Shown piece by piece: positions 60,842-64,000 of a stretch of DNA of 64,000 nucleotides; the stretch's first letter is position 1, and each line of letters opens with the position of its first letter. The translations under genes were made by a program, and so were the position numbers. Origin of the DNA: Octopus sinensis (Eukaryota); the NCBI RefSeq assembly GCF_006345805.1, contig NC_043000.1, positions 15,190,001-15,254,000 of the forward strand. The letters run 5' to 3'. The notes below the pieces were generated by a model. That model was not told the origin of the DNA. It did not search any database and saw nothing but the letters and a program-made list of their open reading frames with translations.

Positions 60842-61794
60842 GGATCAGAACACTTCTTCTCCTCCTCCTCCTCCTTCTTCCAAGTTTCTGGAAAACTTCA
60901 TTAAGCTTTAAGTGTGGAGTTTGACATGTAGAAACTCCATGTTAGTCAGACATGCTACTACTACTACTACTACTACTATAGGAGCACTCCGTCGGTTACG
61001 ACGATGAGGGTCCCAGCTGATACGATCAACGGAACAGCTTGCTCGTGGAATTAACGTGCAAGTGGCTGAGCACTCCACAGACACGTGTACCCTTAACGTA
61101 GTTCTCGGGGATATTCAGCGTGACACAGAGAGTGACAAGGCCGGCCCCTTGAAATACAGGTACAACAGAAACAGGAAGAAAGAGTGAGAGAAAGTTGTGG
61201 TGAAAGAGTACAGCAGGGATCGCCACCATCCCCTGCCGGAGCCTCGTGGAGCTTTAGGTGTTTTCGCTCAATAAACACTCACAATTACTACTACTAACAC
61301 CACAACCATCCACCACCACCAAATAAGAATATTCTTCTTGCCTTTCTTAAAAGTTTTGTTGGTTATAACCTGCATAGAGAAGAAAGAGAATTCTAGCTGC
61401 AGTGAACATAAATCAAATCCAGCAAATTTGAAATTGCAATCCCTTTGCTGTTAGAACCACACATGTTCTCTTTAGGAGTTACAATCCACTAAAATTGTGT
61501 TAGAATAAGTTTCTGTGGCTGTGTGGTAAGAAATTGCTTCCCAACCACATGGTTCAGTGTTCGGTCCCACTGCATGGCACCTTGGGCATACTCCATAAAG
61601 CTAAACCATCTATGGACCGGAAACCTTATGCACCAGAGTGACACACCACAGTCTCAGACTGACCAAAGCCTTGTGAGAAGATCTGGTAGACTGAAATTTC
61701 TTTCTGTGTATCTTTCTGTTGAAGAGCGTAGGCTTGAAACGTAAAAGACTTGTTTTATTTATATTCCTGAGCGCCATACTAATACAATTCATCA

Positions 61795-62720
61795 TCATCA
61801 TCATCATCGTCGTTTAACGTCCGCTTTCCATGCTAGCATGGGTTGAACGGTTCAACTGGGGTCTAGGGAGCCCGAAGGCTGCACCAGGCCAGTCAGATCT
61901 GGCAGTGTTTCTACAGCTGGATGCCCTTCCTCACGCCAACCACTCCGAGAGTGTAGTGGGTGATTTTATGTGCCACCGACACAGGTACCAGACGAGGCTG
62001 GCGAACGGCCACGCTCGGATGTGGTTTTTTATGTGCCACCGACACAGGTGCCAGACGAGGCTGGCGAACGACCACGCTTGGATGGTGTTTTTTATGTGCC
62101 ACCGACACAGGTGCCAGACAAGGCTGGCGAATGGCCATGATCGGATGGTGTTTGTTACGTGCCCACAGCATGGAGGCCAGTCGATGCGGTACTGGCTACA
62201 GCCACGTTCGGATGGTTTTCTTATATGCCACCGGCACTGGTACCACAAAGATACAAATTCCATTGATGTTCATCTATTTTGATTTGGTCTGATTTTTTTT
62301 TATTTTCACTTGCCTCAACAGGTCTTCACAAGTGTCCCAAGAAGGAAGGTATGCACAGGTGGACTGACTACGTCCCAGGTAGGGGCCATGGTTTATGGCC
62401 TCACTAGTCTTGCCGGGTCTTCTCACGCACAGCATACTTCCATAGGTCTCGGTCTCTAGTCATTTCCTTGGTGAAACCTAAAGTTCGAAGGTCGTGCTTC
62501 ACCACCTTGTCCCAGGTTTTCCTGGGTCTACCTCTTCCACAGGTTCCCTCAACTGCTAGGGTGTAGCACTTTTGCACACAACTATCTTCAGCCATTCTCG
62601 TCACATGACCATACCAGCGCAGCCGTCTCTCTTGCACACCACAACTGATGCTTCTTAGGTTCAACTTTTCTCTCACTGTGTCGATTATGAACACTGACAT
62701 TACACATCCATCGGAGCATA
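61795..62720 (-). mobile_element. RTE LINE 3' end (RT C-terminus + UTR array + tail)
   Basis: RRLRWYGHV...GRGRPRKTW ORF followed by a UTR repeat array and a (cat)n tail at ~61790. Confidence 0.85.
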
Positions 62721-64000
62721 TTGGCTTCATTTCTTGCGAGCTTACGCTTGTATTCCACCTGCCTTCGTCTTTTGTTTATTTTCATAAAGCTTCCCGTTAT
62801 ATATATATATATATATATGAATATATACATACGTATATGCACATACTTACATCTATATGTATATATATATATATGTATATATGTATATATATATATATAT
62901 ATGCATATGTGGGCACAGGATGTCACAAAACATGTACAACAAAAGAGTATGAAGCACGAGTACATGGAACATGATTATTAAGTTTGAAAAGAGAGCGATC
63001 TAATTTGTATCCATTAGATCTCTCTGTTTTCAAACTTAATAATAATATTTGATATTTTACTATATTTCATATAATATATTCATTGATACAATATATTAAA
63101 CTAGTGTATCTTGGAGAGAAATATCCCTATAAGAGGTCTAAATATCCTCATTGTGGCTGTGTGTGTGTGTGTGTGTGTTTGTGTGTGTGTATTTATGTAT
63201 GTGTATGTTTTTCTTTGTCCCCACCATCACTTTTGTTTTTTGGGTTTTTTTTTCCTTTTCTTCCAGGTTTTCTTGCTCCAGCTTCAAGGGTAGGCTGTGT
63301 TTTTTCCCCCTCTGACACCTTTTCCTGTTTTTCCTAATAATTCTTCCCCTTTTGCCTCACTTATCTACCTGCTCACCATGGCCACCATTACAATACCATC
63401 AAAATACCAAGGAGAGGTGGTGGTGTGTAAAATATGTAATTTTTTTTCTTTTTTAACTAAGTTTTTTTTCTTCTTCTGTTACTTAGCCTGTCTGTAACGC
63501 TTTCATGTGATTAGTTGAAGGGAAAGGCAAAGAGTGAAAGAAAAAGAGGGATTGTGCTGTGTATGAAGTCTATAAAATTATGCATAAAATATATAAAGTG
63601 TATATATATGTACATAGGCGCAGGAGTGGCTGTGTGGTAAGTAGCTTGCTAACCAACCACATGGTTCCGAGTTCAGTCCCACTGCGTGGCATCTTGGGCA
63701 AGTGTCTTCTGCTATAGCCCCGGGCCGACCAATGCCTTGTGAGTGGATTTGGTAGACGGAAACTGAAAGAAGCCTGTCGTATATATGTATATATATAAGT
63801 GTGTGTGTATATGTTTGTGTATCTGTGTTTGTCCCCCTAGCATTGCTTCACGTCCCCGTTACTTAGTGGTTCGGCAAAAGAGACTGATAGAATAAGTACT
63901 GGGCTTACAAAAGAATAAGTCCCGGGGTCGAGTTGCTCGATTAAAGGCGGTGCTCCAGCATGGCTGCAGTCAAATGACTGAAACAAGTAAAAGAGTAAAG

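Noticed and set aside
61342-61369. Strong-looking minus-strand acceptor upstream of SLC17 exon A
   Set aside because: No donor gives an open, phase-compatible exon.
63376-63440. Possible SLC17 TM1 exon (GIVMVAM|gtgag)
   Set aside because: There is no acceptor or polypyrimidine tract, and the upstream frame does not resemble the SLC17 R.NLS.AIVAM motif.

Overview
AT-rich, repeat-dense animal genomic DNA. The tRNA-derived SINE, RTE-tail and (ATG)n/(TA)n repeat landscape looks like an Octopus (coleoid cephalopod) genome; this is an inference from recognition, not a search. There are three spliced protein-coding genes. (1) NAA30 (NatC catalytic subunit) on the minus strand: only the first coding exon (19887-20609) was found; the downstream exons were not found in the window. 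(2) COA6 on the plus strand, head-to-head with NAA30: three exons (21038-21052, 26739-26897, 34233-34325), 88 aa. (3) A sialin-like SLC17 transporter on the minus strand, convergent with COA6: nine in-phase exons from 59950 to 36383 (419 aa; the N-terminal TM1 exon was not found), plus a 96%-identical extra copy of its terminal exon inside an intron. The rest is mostly mobile DNA: a 5'-truncated RTE LINE and many copies of its 3' UTR, CR1-like tails, several SINE families, an IR/DR Tc1 element, a deleted mariner, hAT and piggyBac MITEs, Helitron-like elements and Penelope-like fragments. The most notable observations are hammerhead-ribozyme-like motifs with compensatory G3-C8 and U3-A8 cores, the duplicated SLC17 terminal exon, and repeated insertion of one SINE family into the same site of the RTE tail.
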